Positions 15,924 through 24,525 are shown, counted from the stretch's first letter. The stretch: DNA of 26,085 nt from a virus (IMGVR_UViG_3300020045_008200:1-26085); one strand, 5' to 3'. Notes: generated from the letters alone by a model not told the origin. Numbers and translations: made by a program.

Positions 15924-16100
15924 ATGGAAACTTATAAATCACAAAAACAAATTGATTGTAAAAAAGATGAAACTATAAAGAAATTAACTGAAGTAGTACA
16001 ACACGCTTTAAGACTTTCTAATTCATTACCAAATAAAGGAAGCATAGCCGTTAAAATGTTTATTAATAGTGCAAAAAAAGTTCTTGAAGAAACTACTTAA
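15924..16100 (+). CDS. Small hypothetical protein (58 aa)
   Basis: Manual translation METYKSQKQIDCKKDET...; converges on the lysis module. Confidence 0.6.
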   Translation: METYKSQKQIDCKKDETIKKLTEVVQHALRLSNSLPNKGSIAVKMFINSAKKVLEETT

Positions 16101-16461
16101 GCTTAAACCATAAAAAAACAAACAACCCAACAACAAAGACAATTCCTATCCATAGATTAGAGTTGTCTTTTTTTTCTATTATTTTAGTTTGATAGATAGT
16201 TTTAGTTCGATAAATTATTTTAATCTTCCATTTTTCAACTATTTTGTTAGTCGAGCTTGAAACAACAACGTTGCTATACTTCTTTCCATCAACTTTAAAA
16301 GGCTTAGAGTTGTCAAATGGCGTGAAAGTTAAGTTTGTACCTAAAACTATTTTAGAGCCGGTAGAATAGGTATTATTAATTTCTATGCCTTCAAAAATTT
16401 CAGACTCTAATTTTCTAGTTCCGCATCCGACAAGTAGTAAAAATATTAAAAGATATTTCAT
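16093..16461 (-). CDS. Lipoprotein with C-terminal TM segment; unimolecular-spanin-like
   Basis: Lipobox LLLVG-C at the N-terminus, TM LWIGIVFVVGLFVFLWF at the C-terminus, last gene of the lysis cassette. Confidence 0.65.
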   Translation of the reverse strand: MKYLLIFLLLVGCGTRKLESEIFEGIEINNTYSTGSKIVLGTNLTFTPFDNSKPFKVDGKKYSNVVVSSSTNKIVEKWKIKIIYRTKTIYQTKIIEKKDNSNLWIGIVFVVGLFVFLWFKLK

Positions 16462-16764
16462 TTAATTTGAAAGTAAAGTTTTATTTGAAGTCGGCCATCC
16501 ATTAAGTAACAAAGTCCCATATAATTTAGGTTATAAATGTGTTGTTTTGCAACTATCTATATTACATTTTCTTTTTTGGTACTCTTTTTTAGAATCAAAA
16601 ATTTTAATTCCTTCTAAATTAGCTTTAAAAAAAATAGGATCTTTTACGTATTTATTATAAAATACATGACCGTCTATTTCAATAGCGCCTTTTATTTTAT
16701 CTTCAATTTCTTGCGCTGAAACCGTAGCGGTAATTAATAACATTGTGATAATTAATTTTTTCAT
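16462..16764 (-). pseudogene. Secreted protein (signal peptide ...TVSA-Q) with internal TAA; 77 aa, or 100 aa if read through
   Basis: TAA at 16533-16531 followed by 22 sense codons and a TAA abutting the next ATG. Confidence 0.5.
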
Positions 16765-16767
16765 AAT

Positions 16768-17202
16768 TTATTTTGTAAAATATTGTTCCACTTCCGATTT
16801 TCTACGCCCTATTAACTCTTTATTTTTAGTCCACATCATAAACGCACCTTTAATAGTTGGGTCGTTAGGGTTAATATTTACACGCTTAAAAACGGTGCTT
16901 TTAGCGAACCCGTTAATTCCAATATTATAAGCTAATGATACTAAAGCATTAAATTGATTTTGATTTACGTTAGAAGTGATTAAGTCATCAACGTCTCTTG
17001 CAAAAGTATCAGCTACTATTTTACCGAGTTCTTTTGCTTCAGATAGAGTCAATGGTTTATCTTTCATTGTTACTTTTTTACCGTTAAGATAAAAGGTATT
17101 GCCCATTGCAATAGTAGGAACGCCTTGTGTATCTAGGTAAGGCTTTAATCTTAGTCCTTCTCTCTTATGCAGAGCGTCGTAACCGTTTTGATCTAATTTC
17201 AT
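16768..17202 (-). CDS. Endolysin, GH24 phage lysozyme
   Basis: Catalytic E-x8-D-x5-T (EGLRLKPYLDTQGVPT), 'NQNQFNALVSLAYNIG', 'RRKSE'. Confidence 0.93.
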   Translation of the reverse strand: MKLDQNGYDALHKREGLRLKPYLDTQGVPTIAMGNTFYLNGKKVTMKDKPLTLSEAKELGKIVADTFARDVDDLITSNVNQNQFNALVSLAYNIGINGFAKSTVFKRVNINPNDPTIKGAFMMWTKNKELIGRRKSEVEQYFTK

Positions 17203-17513
17203 AATGTTTCGTCTTTTTCAAATGGTTTTATAAATTGACCGTTAAATTTTTTATAAAAATGATTATCTCTTTTTTCCTGTAGTTCTTGTTCTAATATCTG
17301 ACTTTTAGTTTTTGAATCCCTTATGTAAGTCTTAAGCTTAAAATAAGCAAAAAACACACCTATTAAGGTCAATATAAATTGAGTGAAATTAGTTGCATTA
17401 GACAAATAAAACTCGCCAAAAGATACCTTTTTAACAACATCAATTATTGTGAAGCTATAAAATACAAAGAATAAATAATTAATTGCGTTGAAAAAAAGTT
17501 TTATTGTTTGCAT
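17199..17513 (-). CDS. Holin-like membrane protein
   Basis: Two hydrophobic segments, charged tail, directly upstream of the endolysin. Confidence 0.55.
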   Translation of the reverse strand: MQTIKLFFNAINYLFFVFYSFTIIDVVKKVSFGEFYLSNATNFTQFILTLIGVFFAYFKLKTYIRDSKTKSQILEQELQEKRDNHFYKKFNGQFIKPFEKDETL

Positions 17514-17835
17514 ACATAAAAATTAAGCCTGATAACGGTATTTTTAAAAGATAAAGATAATTACTCATTAATCCCAAAAATACAAAATCTAAAGCATTTA
17601 TAATGAATAAAAATAGTGCAATTTGTTTAGTGGTCAAATCTGGTTTTACAAAAGCTAAAAAGTAAAAAACAATTCCGACTATAGTGATGTTTGAATATTC
17701 CTCTACTACATTACACAAATACATCTTTTGTTCTGAAAATAAAGAAAACCTAATCTTTAAATCAGATTGATAAAATACCGCTTTAATTTCTGAAAGCGGT
17801 ATTAATATCAATAGAAGTAAATGTTTACTTTTCAT
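17479..17835 (-). CDS. Multi-pass membrane protein
   Basis: Probable ATG start at 17835 (MKSKHLLLL) rather than GTG 17862; 3-4 hydrophobic segments. Confidence 0.65.
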   Translation of the reverse strand: MKSKHLLLLILIPLSEIKAVFYQSDLKIRFSLFSEQKMYLCNVVEEYSNITIVGIVFYFLAFVKPDLTTKQIALFLFIINALDFVFLGLMSNYLYLLKIPLSGLIFMYANNKTFFQRN

Positions 17836-18064
17836 CTTTATCAACTGGAGGTCTTGATCCACCTATTAAAGAATCAGTATTTTTGTTATTATTAAATTTA
17901 GGGTCTTTTGCTAAAACGCTAAAAACAATCACTCCAATACCTAGCCATAATTGACTACCAGATTTGTCTGTAAAATAGCCAGTATTATACGCTTGCATTA
18001 CTGCATCAATAATTGGGTAAGCTGAAATTACTACCCCTAACAATGTTGTTCTCCAGTTCTTCAT
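17825..18064 (-). CDS. Holin-like membrane protein (MKNWRTT...AKD family)
   Basis: 79 aa, two TM segments, in the lysis region. Confidence 0.6.
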   Translation of the reverse strand: MKNWRTTLLGVVISAYPIIDAVMQAYNTGYFTDKSGSQLWLGIGVIVFSVLAKDPKFNNNKNTDSLIGGSRPPVDKDEK

Positions 18065-18086
18065 ATTTATTTATTTATTTAATTTC

Positions 18087-20546
18087 TTACCAAGTCGCTA
18101 AAGCAGTTCTAACCCATGTATTAGTCGCTGTACATACGTAAATAAAACCTGCTGTTATTCTTATTTCTCCCGTTGTTCCTGTAGCTGTTGCGCTTGCAGG
18201 AGCAGTATTTAATGCTGATATTTTGTATTGAGTCGCTAATATACTACCGTTAGATTGAATCCTATCAACGCCATTATCTGTAAGCCCACCAACTATTAAG
18301 CTGCCTGAAAAAGGCTGCATAAATACGCCTTTACCTAAAATATCATACACTAGAGTGCCCAGTCCAGAGTTACCCCCTCTGAAAAAAGAATAATTAGTAT
18401 CTGAACCTGCCTCTGCATAGTATGTGCCCACCCCTTCTTTAAATCTAGCTGTACCAGCCACGTTCAGCATGGACCCACTTTCACTAACTATACTATTCCC
18501 AATCGTACCGCTTGCGGTAAATTTAGATAAATACCCTGTTGTCCCAGTTCCAGAAATAGGATTAGCTAAAGTCGCCCCATTCGCTAATAAAGCGTTTGTT
18601 GCTGGAGCTGTTGAGTTTATGAAAGAGCCGTTTGTCGTAACCGCCCCACGTAGGATTGTTTGTGTTATACTTGTGTTTCCTAAAGTAGCGGTATTTGAGC
18701 CTGCGCCTATTGCATTATATCCTATTACTATTTGATTTGTTTGCCCATTTCCAGAAGATTTTGTGTTATTTCCTAGGTATACAGAAGAGTCTGAAGTAGA
18801 ATTAAATGTCACTCCGTCAGAAGTATATTGTCCAGATGCAAATCCTAAACCCGTGTTTAAAGACCCTGTAGTTACGGATCCTAAAGCATTTAACCCTACA
18901 GCTGTATTGCTAGCCCCTGTAGTATTTAAGCTTAAAGACTGCCTCCCGTAGACAGTATTGCTAGTCCCAGTAGTCCTTGATTTAAACGCTTCCTCGCCAA
19001 AAGACGTGTTTGTGGATTCATTCCCTTTCCCATTATTCCAAACCGTTAAATCTGTATTGTTACTTTCTAGTTGGGGTAAATATGAAGCAAATAAAGAAGC
19101 CTGCGTAATATCCGTGCCTCCTGCTAAAAGTATATTCGTTGCCGTTGCCGCTGATTTAACAAATGAATTTCCAGTTATAGATGACGCAACGCTTAAAGGC
19201 AATGAGCTAACTACATTTGTCCCGTTGTCGGTTAATGCACTATTCCCTAGAGTATTTGTTCCTACTATTCTTTGAATATTTCCTGTTGTTCCCGTAGTGG
19301 TAACTCTTGTATTCAATCCATCAACTAAAGCCTTTGTGCTTGCGTATGTAGTGCTAGATGAAACCGTGTGACTATCTGATTTATTAGCTATATTCTCAGG
19401 CGTATATCCTAAAGCCGTAACTATATTTGCTAAAGTAAAAGCAACACCCCCCGAAGCAACACCGCCAAACTTTTGAGCTTCTAATATTTTTGCGTCAGCA
19501 ACGTTTTGTAAAGAAGTAGTAGTATTTCGCATTATAATGTAAGCACGAATAATTCCGTTTTCTTTTGAGTTTGACTCAATTACAAACGATCTAGTAAGTA
19601 CAGCATTAATAGCAGTTTGCAAGTCATCGTAATACTGTTGACTTTTTAAAATTCTTGTTGTCCCAGTTTGAAAAGTTATAACGGTTTCAATTACAAATTT
19701 ATTATTTGGCACGGCGGTAAGAACGTTATTAAGATCATATAAAGTAGGGTCTAAATTTACCCTGTCACTTCCTTCAGTACCATTTTGAGTACGATATCTA
19801 AATGTAAGTGCTGTTTCTGCTGATTGAGCTAACCTGTGCGGGTCTTTCCAATTATTTACAAAGTTAACCCCTCTTTTACCAATTATTCCAGCGGATTTAT
19901 TTAACTGCAAGTTCGCCCCGTTGGCGGAATAAACATTACCCGATAAATTTAAAGCACCGATAAAATCAAATAAATCATGCAATTGATTTGTGCCAGCTTC
20001 AGTAGGAGATGAAAGATTGTTTATTACGTTAATGGTGGTTAAATTAGAATGTACAACTACTCCTAATTCAATTAAATCTCTCCTTTGAATAGCTGTAAAA
20101 GGTGTCGCTTGCATAACTACTGCAGGCGTGCTATTTATAGCGATATAAGTAATATTCCCAGTAGTTAAATAAGTCGGAGTAACCCCAGTAAAAGCAGGAA
20201 AATTAATAATTGTGCTTATTGGATTTTCAGGATCATCAAAGTTTGAAATTATACCAATTCCAGCCGTAATATTAAACTTAGTAGGGTCGCCATTAATGGT
20301 AATCGCACCGTTTTTTAATAGTCCTGTTGAAAGGAATTGTTTTTTAGCTAATTCTAATGCATTAACTGTAGATATAGGCAAAGAACTAGCAGGAATATAA
20401 TTGATTTGTCCGTCAGTTTCTTGAGTATTAATTTTTAATGTACTTGTACTTAAAGTATTCCCTGTTATCTTTAACTTATTAGCTAAGGTGGTTTGACCGT
20501 AACTTACGGACGTAATAAGTAATAATAAAAAAAGTATTTTTTTCAT
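18087..20546 (-). CDS. Tail-fibre/adhesin-like protein with N-terminal signal peptide
   Basis: 819 aa, T/G/N/S rich; 17-residue NTxxG repeats; C-terminal 'GTTGEIRITAGFIYVCTATNTWVR' fibre module; N-terminus MKKILFLLLLITSVSYG-Q. Confidence 0.75.
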   Translation of the reverse strand: MKKILFLLLLITSVSYGQTTLANKLKITGNTLSTSTLKINTQETDGQINYIPASSLPISTVNALELAKKQFLSTGLLKNGAITINGDPTKFNITAGIGIISNFDDPENPISTIINFPAFTGVTPTYLTTGNITYIAINSTPAVVMQATPFTAIQRRDLIELGVVVHSNLTTINVINNLSSPTEAGTNQLHDLFDFIGALNLSGNVYSANGANLQLNKSAGIIGKRGVNFVNNWKDPHRLAQSAETALTFRYRTQNGTEGSDRVNLDPTLYDLNNVLTAVPNNKFVIETVITFQTGTTRILKSQQYYDDLQTAINAVLTRSFVIESNSKENGIIRAYIIMRNTTTSLQNVADAKILEAQKFGGVASGGVAFTLANIVTALGYTPENIANKSDSHTVSSSTTYASTKALVDGLNTRVTTTGTTGNIQRIVGTNTLGNSALTDNGTNVVSSLPLSVASSITGNSFVKSAATATNILLAGGTDITQASLFASYLPQLESNNTDLTVWNNGKGNESTNTSFGEEAFKSRTTGTSNTVYGRQSLSLNTTGASNTAVGLNALGSVTTGSLNTGLGFASGQYTSDGVTFNSTSDSSVYLGNNTKSSGNGQTNQIVIGYNAIGAGSNTATLGNTSITQTILRGAVTTNGSFINSTAPATNALLANGATLANPISGTGTTGYLSKFTASGTIGNSIVSESGSMLNVAGTARFKEGVGTYYAEAGSDTNYSFFRGGNSGLGTLVYDILGKGVFMQPFSGSLIVGGLTDNGVDRIQSNGSILATQYKISALNTAPASATATGTTGEIRITAGFIYVCTATNTWVRTALATW

Positions 20547-20552
20547 GTTTGT

Positions 20553-20861
20553 TTAAATTTCTGTTTGCACTAATGGAATAAAATTATCAGAATCATTTAT
20601 TGAGCCTCCGAGCCATTTAGCCTCTGTATAACGAATTGTACCGTCATTTTTCCAACCGCTGAATATGTCACCTATTTCATAACTCGTCAAAGTATTCCCA
20701 TATCCCTTTTGAAGGAATTTAAAATTTGTGAAGTCAATTTCTGGGAGTATGATTGAGTATAATTCAGAGAAGTTTTCTCTTGCTTTTCTTTGGCTTTCTC
20801 TTAAAGTATCACCAGTACCATCATTTGCCGATGCCCCTATATTTATTATCTGTTCCGCCAT
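20553..20861 (-). CDS. Structural protein with T4 gp9/gp10-like N-terminal anchor motif
   Basis: 'QIINIGASANDGTGDTLRES...ENFSELY'. Confidence 0.7.
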   Translation of the reverse strand: MAEQIINIGASANDGTGDTLRESQRKARENFSELYSIILPEIDFTNFKFLQKGYGNTLTSYEIGDIFSGWKNDGTIRYTEAKWLGGSINDSDNFIPLVQTEI

Positions 20862-20949
20862 TTTTTTTGCTTAAATAGATTTCTAATTTCTTAATGACTT
20901 TTTTAGGTTCTTTTTCTTTTTTAAAAGTACCATCCTGAGTTTCCTTCAT
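20821..20949 (-). CDS. Small basic ORF (42 aa, ...KKVIKKLEIYLSKK...)
   Basis: Manual translation; bridges the gap between the adaptor and anchor genes, overlapping both. Confidence 0.4.
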   Translation of the reverse strand: MKETQDGTFKKEKEPKKVIKKLEIYLSKKNGGTDNKYRGIGK

Positions 20950-21412
20950 CTTTCTTTGGGTTTACAATATTTTCACTGTTGTAAATATACTCTGTTAATT
21001 TATTTTTACAAAGCCATTTTTCCATTCTTTGCTGATAAATGTCAGCCTTATATCTTTGATTACTAACCAATAAATCAACTTCTAATTTATCAATGGCAGT
21101 TCCATTTTGTGGAGTGTGTTTATAAATACCCCCATTATTCACCATATACGCACCGTCCTTCAAATACTCCATAGCTGAGCGATGAATTAAAAAAGGAGTA
21201 ATATATTTTTCGTATAAAATTAAATACAACCCTGTTATAGTATCATCTTCAACATCTGTTTTTATCTTTTCGTATAAATCTTCACCTAATATTTCCTCCA
21301 AAGATGAAATTTGTGCATCTGAAATACAATATTTATATTTATCTACATCAACATTACCCCCTAAAATAGAACTGTGTGCGATTTCATTATCTTTTAAAAG
21401 TAAATATTCCAT
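20921..21412 (-). CDS. Putative head-tail adaptor
   Basis: 163 aa, helical, directly after the portal (TAATG overlap). Confidence 0.6.
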   Translation of the reverse strand: MEYLLLKDNEIAHSSILGGNVDVDKYKYCISDAQISSLEEILGEDLYEKIKTDVEDDTITGLYLILYEKYITPFLIHRSAMEYLKDGAYMVNNGGIYKHTPQNGTAIDKLEVDLLVSNQRYKADIYQQRMEKWLCKNKLTEYIYNSENIVNPKKDEGNSGWYF

Positions 21413-23088
21413 TATTTCTGAGGATTTAAGAAACCATTATTAGGCATATCGGTTGGTAATTTAGCCACTAAGGGGTCATTTTGTTCAAAATTAGCCTCTT
21501 TTCTTAAAGCAGGATCTAAAGCGTTTAATAATTCGCGTGCTTTTTTACTTGATATTTGGTCGTTATTGGACTTTAAATATATCTTTCGCATCCAAAAATG
21601 TTGGCATCTAGCGCCACCCTTATATAAAAACATATTATAAGTATCTGCTCCACGTGGCCCAAAACCTTTATTAACTGCTTTTTTACTTGCTAAATCAATA
21701 TCTTCTTTTCTATATACTTTTTTAGCATTAACCATTTTACGACAAAATTCTCTTTCAGGACTTTGCGAACCTTCGTAAGAATAACGTATTTTAAACAAAG
21801 TTGTATCTTGTAAACTGTCACGCTCAGGGAAGTTACTAGGTACATATGCGAGTTTAAAACTCATTTCTGTTAACTCAGGCTCACCTTCTTGTAAACGTGA
21901 ATCTAAAAGCTCCCATTCGTTTTCGTCTATTACTTCACCTAAATCTATTAAAGCATCCGCAATTATATCATCTGTTTCATCGTGGTCGTGTGCGCTTAAT
22001 TGCGTTTGAGTTTGCGCCTTCTTTCTTAATGGTATAAAATCTAAATCAATTGAATATCCTTCTGCTATAAATATTTCTTTTAAAGCATCTAAGATAATTT
22101 CTTGTTTAGGTTGTATAGTCATTGTCATTATTTCATCAAACGCAACTTCCATTTCATTAGCGTTATTCCCTAAACCGCCATCTTTCATAACTCCAAATAT
22201 AATCGGTGAAGTTACACGATGTGCAATCATTAATTTTTGTCCTGATTCTGAACTTAAAAACTCATATTGTTTGTGCGCTTCTGAAACCTCCATAGGTACT
22301 ACAGTAGTTTCATGCTCTTTATCTTGGTTAAACATTACAACAATTCTACCAGCGTTATTAGTTCCAGTTGCTTTATTTTTAATATCTTTAACTATTTTAT
22401 CTTTTACTTCTTCGCTTTCAGGGACTCCGTTATTCATATTAATAAAATGCCCTACTGACAAGCCATTTTTAATGTGATTAATACAATAGTTTGCGATTTC
22501 TTCCTCTAATTCTGCATAAGGCAATCCAGCTAAATAAGACGGGTCTGAATAATATATTTTTCCAACTTGGTAATCTGAAATAACATAAATTAAAGAACCA
22601 TTTTTTATTTTATCAGTTGTTTTAAAGTTGTCTATTTCAATAGGTGGATATTTTCTAGTATTATTAAAGTCTTGTGAAAACCAATAAGATGTTATTTCGC
22701 TATCTTCATTTAATTTTGAAGGTGCAATTTGATTCTTCGGTACGTGTTTAACTCTTTGTAATTTAGAATCTTTATAAATAAGTTCTAATGATGCTTCGGT
22801 AAATATTGCGTAATCTTGACAAATAGCGCGCAAATCATTTTTAGACAACAATCTTTTTACGTTTGCGAATTGAATAGCTTTACTAGATTGTTGGGAACTC
22901 ATTAAACCTTTTCCATAAATAAACTGAGCGTAAGAGTCAATAATAGTTCTATTAGTTGGAGAACCATTGTATCTGTCTATAATATATTTGTAAAAGTCGT
23001 TTTTGTCACCATTCAAAACATATTCTTTTGAATTAACTTCTTTTACTTCGGGTCTAACGTAATTAGATAATTGTATAACTCCTATCAT
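21412..23088 (-). CDS. Portal protein with C-terminal extension
   Basis: 'SPTNRTII', 'YYSDPSY', 'TGTNNAGRI', 'IAHRVTSPIIFG', 'NNANE', 'IQPKQ' portal-type motifs. Confidence 0.85.
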   Translation of the reverse strand: MIGVIQLSNYVRPEVKEVNSKEYVLNGDKNDFYKYIIDRYNGSPTNRTIIDSYAQFIYGKGLMSSQQSSKAIQFANVKRLLSKNDLRAICQDYAIFTEASLELIYKDSKLQRVKHVPKNQIAPSKLNEDSEITSYWFSQDFNNTRKYPPIEIDNFKTTDKIKNGSLIYVISDYQVGKIYYSDPSYLAGLPYAELEEEIANYCINHIKNGLSVGHFINMNNGVPESEEVKDKIVKDIKNKATGTNNAGRIVVMFNQDKEHETTVVPMEVSEAHKQYEFLSSESGQKLMIAHRVTSPIIFGVMKDGGLGNNANEMEVAFDEIMTMTIQPKQEIILDALKEIFIAEGYSIDLDFIPLRKKAQTQTQLSAHDHDETDDIIADALIDLGEVIDENEWELLDSRLQEGEPELTEMSFKLAYVPSNFPERDSLQDTTLFKIRYSYEGSQSPEREFCRKMVNAKKVYRKEDIDLASKKAVNKGFGPRGADTYNMFLYKGGARCQHFWMRKIYLKSNNDQISSKKARELLNALDPALRKEANFEQNDPLVAKLPTDMPNNGFLNPQK

Positions 23089-23372
23089 TAGTTTAATTTA
23101 TAATTTTGTAAATCTTCTTGGTCTGTTGCGTATGCTTTGCCACGATATAGAACGCTAGCATTATCATAAATAGCAATTTCATAACTTTGACCTTCTTTAA
23201 AAATATGTTCAAAATTAGCATGTAAATAACCGCCTACGTTTGAGCAAGTAATTTGAATTGCAGTTTCCTCACTTCTTAATTCATAAAATAGCTTTAAAGT
23301 TGCCGTCTCTGGAATAGAGCGACTAACTATATATAAAGCATGAATTGTATCTGACGGTTTAAAAACTTTCAT
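23088..23372 (-). CDS. Hypothetical virion-associated protein
   Basis: 94 aa, beta-rich, first gene after a late-promoter motif, coupled to the portal. Confidence 0.7.
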   Translation of the reverse strand: MKVFKPSDTIHALYIVSRSIPETATLKLFYELRSEETAIQITCSNVGGYLHANFEHIFKEGQSYEIAIYDNASVLYRGKAYATDQEDLQNYKLN

Positions 23373-23401
23373 ACTATTATAACGTTTATAATCAAAATTG
23401 T
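23373..23401 (-). promoter_or_regulatory. Putative phage late promoter ACAA-N13-CGTTATA, copy 2
   Basis: Same motif and spacing as 1964..1992. Confidence 0.65.
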
Positions 23402-23404
23402 ATT

Positions 23405-23412
23405 TATATTTG
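23405..23412 (+). promoter_or_regulatory. Bacteroidota -7 element TATATTTG for the plus-strand insert
   Basis: TAnnTTTG 14 nt before ATG 23427. Confidence 0.6.
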
Positions 23413-23426
23413 ATAAAAAATATATT

Positions 23427-23627
23427 ATGACTCCAAAAGAAAAAGTAATTGAGTTAATTACTGATTGTATGCAAATTCAATTACCTAATAAAGACTTAGA
23501 AAATAATTATGAAATGGCTAAGATACAAGCTGAATATTCGGCAAATGTTGCTAAATGGTCACATTCTGAATTATCAGATATACATTATTACTGGAATGAA
23601 GTGAAACAAGAAATAAATAATTTATAA
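23427..23627 (+). CDS. Hypothetical protein (MTPKEK...YWNEVKQEI family)
   Basis: 66 aa; motif typical of Bacteroidota phage early genes. Confidence 0.75.
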   Translation: MTPKEKVIELITDCMQIQLPNKDLENNYEMAKIQAEYSANVAKWSHSELSDIHYYWNEVKQEINNL

Positions 23628-23641
23628 ACTAAAAATATATT

Positions 23642-23899
23642 ATGGAAGCAAAACAATTATTTAACGGAATACAAAAAGTTAGTCCAGAAGTGTACAACTA
23701 TTATAAAGACAGAGTTGAAAAGGAATTTATTATTAATTCATTATCCGAATTGCCCATTGAAAAATTAAAAGAATTAGTTTCTTTTAAAGTAGTAAATCCA
23801 TTTGATAAACAAATACATGTGTCATTTGAAGAAGCCGAACATAGAGATATATTAGCGAATCAAAGAGTAATAGAACTTAGTATGAAAATAAATTTATAA
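23642..23899 (+). CDS. Hypothetical protein
   Basis: 85 aa ORF followed by a terminator. Confidence 0.7.
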   Translation: MEAKQLFNGIQKVSPEVYNYYKDRVEKEFIINSLSELPIEKLKELVSFKVVNPFDKQIHVSFEEAEHRDILANQRVIELSMKINL

Positions 23900-23901
23900 A
23901 T

Positions 23902-23933
23902 AAAAAATCCCTTACATATAATGCAAGGGATTT
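23902..23933 (-). terminator. Rho-independent terminator, probably bidirectional
   Basis: AAATCCCTTGCAT/ATGTAAGGGATTT stem with T6 tract on the minus strand, between convergent genes. Confidence 0.8.
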
Positions 23934-23959
23934 AATAAGATAAATTTTTCTCCTTTCTT

Positions 23960-24481
23960 TTAAGGTTCGATTACTGCAACACTTACTAATGCATTTAAAG
24001 CTGTTTTTGCACTTGCAGATAAGAAAGGACTGTATTTATTATCAACTGCTTCAAGTGCTATTGTATAACCGCTTGCATCAGTTGATTTTGTACCTCCTGT
24101 AGAATCTAATCCACTATCTATTCCAACTACAAAAACATTACCGTTATAATCGTGTACGAATGCAACTAAGCGACCGTACAACATAGCCATTAATTCAACA
24201 TCTGACTCTTTACCTAATTTAGGTAATACGGCATTAATAACCGCACGTATTTCAGTTGTTCTATTTTCCATATTAACAGTAGCAGTCTCGATAAGATTGT
24301 TCCCTGTTCCTTTTACTTCATAACGAAAAACCTCTGTTAATCCAACTGGTAAAGTTGCAATCTCTTGTAGAGTTGTAACGAAACCAAATTCTTCAAATGG
24401 TACAAAGTCAATCATTTTAACGCCTATTCTTGAATCCTTACATCCAAGTTTTCTACCTTTAGTTATGCTTTCACACGCCAT
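23960..24481 (-). CDS. Putative major tail (tube) protein
   Basis: 173 aa 'MACESITKGRKLGCKDSRIGVK...VHDYNGN...GYTIALEA', directly after the capsid gene. Confidence 0.6.
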   Translation of the reverse strand: MACESITKGRKLGCKDSRIGVKMIDFVPFEEFGFVTTLQEIATLPVGLTEVFRYEVKGTGNNLIETATVNMENRTTEIRAVINAVLPKLGKESDVELMAMLYGRLVAFVHDYNGNVFVVGIDSGLDSTGGTKSTDASGYTIALEAVDNKYSPFLSASAKTALNALVSVAVIEP

Positions 24482-24497
24482 AATTTCTATATTTTTT

Positions 24498-24525
24498 AAA
24501 AAACCGCCCTAATTAAAGAGCGGTT
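24498..24525 (-). terminator. Rho-independent terminator after the major capsid gene
   Basis: AACCGCTCT/AGGGCGGTT stem then TTTT. Confidence 0.8.

Noticed and set aside
6694-16764. Genome-wide stop-codon reassignment
   Set aside because: TAA, TAG and TGA all end tightly packed genes, and all long genes are intact under code 11
15019-16930. ORFs 15019..15405 (-), 15342..15560 (-), 16745..16930 (+)
   Set aside because: Antisense to erf and the lysozyme gene; no promoter or motif support
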